A stretch of DNA of 64,000 nt from Azolla caroliniana (Eukaryota; Plantae; Polypodiophyta): NCBI GenBank assembly GCA_043228905.1, contig JBHGNT010000006.1, positions 7,378,001-7,442,000 on the forward strand. The letters run 5' to 3'. The translations under genes were made by a program, and so were the position numbers. The notes under the pieces were generated by a model. That model was not told where the DNA came from. It saw only the letters and a program-made list of their open reading frames with translations, and did no database searches. Every line of letters begins with the position of its first letter. Within the stretch, counting starts at the first letter, position 1. Positions 63,529-64,000 of this stretch are shown piece by piece.

Positions 63529-63576
<48 letters not shown>
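63529..63576. repeat. (GA)n microsatellite
   Basis: Uninterrupted GA run at the 5' end of the degenerate LINE. Confidence 0.95.
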
Positions 63577-63578
<2 letters not shown>

Positions 63579-64000
63579 CTCCCTAGTGGTAAGTCTTGGT
63601 TGGGATAACTTTAGATTTAGATAGAGCTTACGATCATGTTAATTGGTCCTCTGCTTCTGGGTTAACGCATACAATGGTCTTTGGATCATGTATGTCTCAC
63701 CCATATTTTTATTAGGACAAGATACCGTTGGCCAGAGTATGGAGGACAAGTGGGGGACGAATAGGGAACGAAATTAGTATTAGTAATTAATTAGTTTAAT
63801 TATGATAGGAACAGATTGATCCAGAATAGTTGCACCAATCCGGATCCGGACCGATTCGTAGTTGGTTGCCGGTATGACACCATTTTGTAATCAAAACCGG
63901 AGGCCTATACAAGGATCCGGAAAGCAATGTAATGATGCGGAAGTAATATAAGTCTGAGTCGGAATTCAATATTGTGTATCTTGTTTACTACCGTCTGTGC

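Noticed and set aside
63580-64000. Sequence with CCGGATCCGG motifs at the window end, possibly an LTR
   Set aside because: Truncated by the window edge and without diagnostic features.

Overview
This is land-plant nuclear DNA, AT-rich and intron-containing. The PLS-PPR style and the LINE families suggest a fern (inference, not a database result). Most short ORFs in the track are exon fragments or noise. I reconstructed six genes by hand from splice sites and family motifs: a Tubby-like F-box gene (2111-4372, +), a bifunctional nuclease BBD/DUF151-UVR gene (7867-~12549, +), a two-NOI RIN4-like gene (15809-~18495, +), a PLS-class PPR gene with an intronless CDS (29472-32936, -), a CNNM/DUF21-CBS gene (38401-44615, +) and VPS41 (49568-59427, +). 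Between and inside them lie an open RTEX-like LINE ORF whose catalytic motif reads YADN, several decayed relatives, L1 and copia remnants, a MULE remnant, hAT-type MITEs (one with a perfect 8-bp TSD) and an LTR end with a PBS. The most unusual observations are: gene-specific degenerate minisatellites in the 5' introns and UTRs of nearly every gene; a RIN4-like C-terminus with its Cys tail one base out of frame; a PPR with an in-frame stop inside the E domain; an L1 insertion whose empty site is preserved next to it; a duplicated ERSE/ABRE promoter module; and two GC-AG introns. I saw no rRNA, tRNA or CRISPR array, and no new multi-gene system that I can demonstrate from sequence alone.
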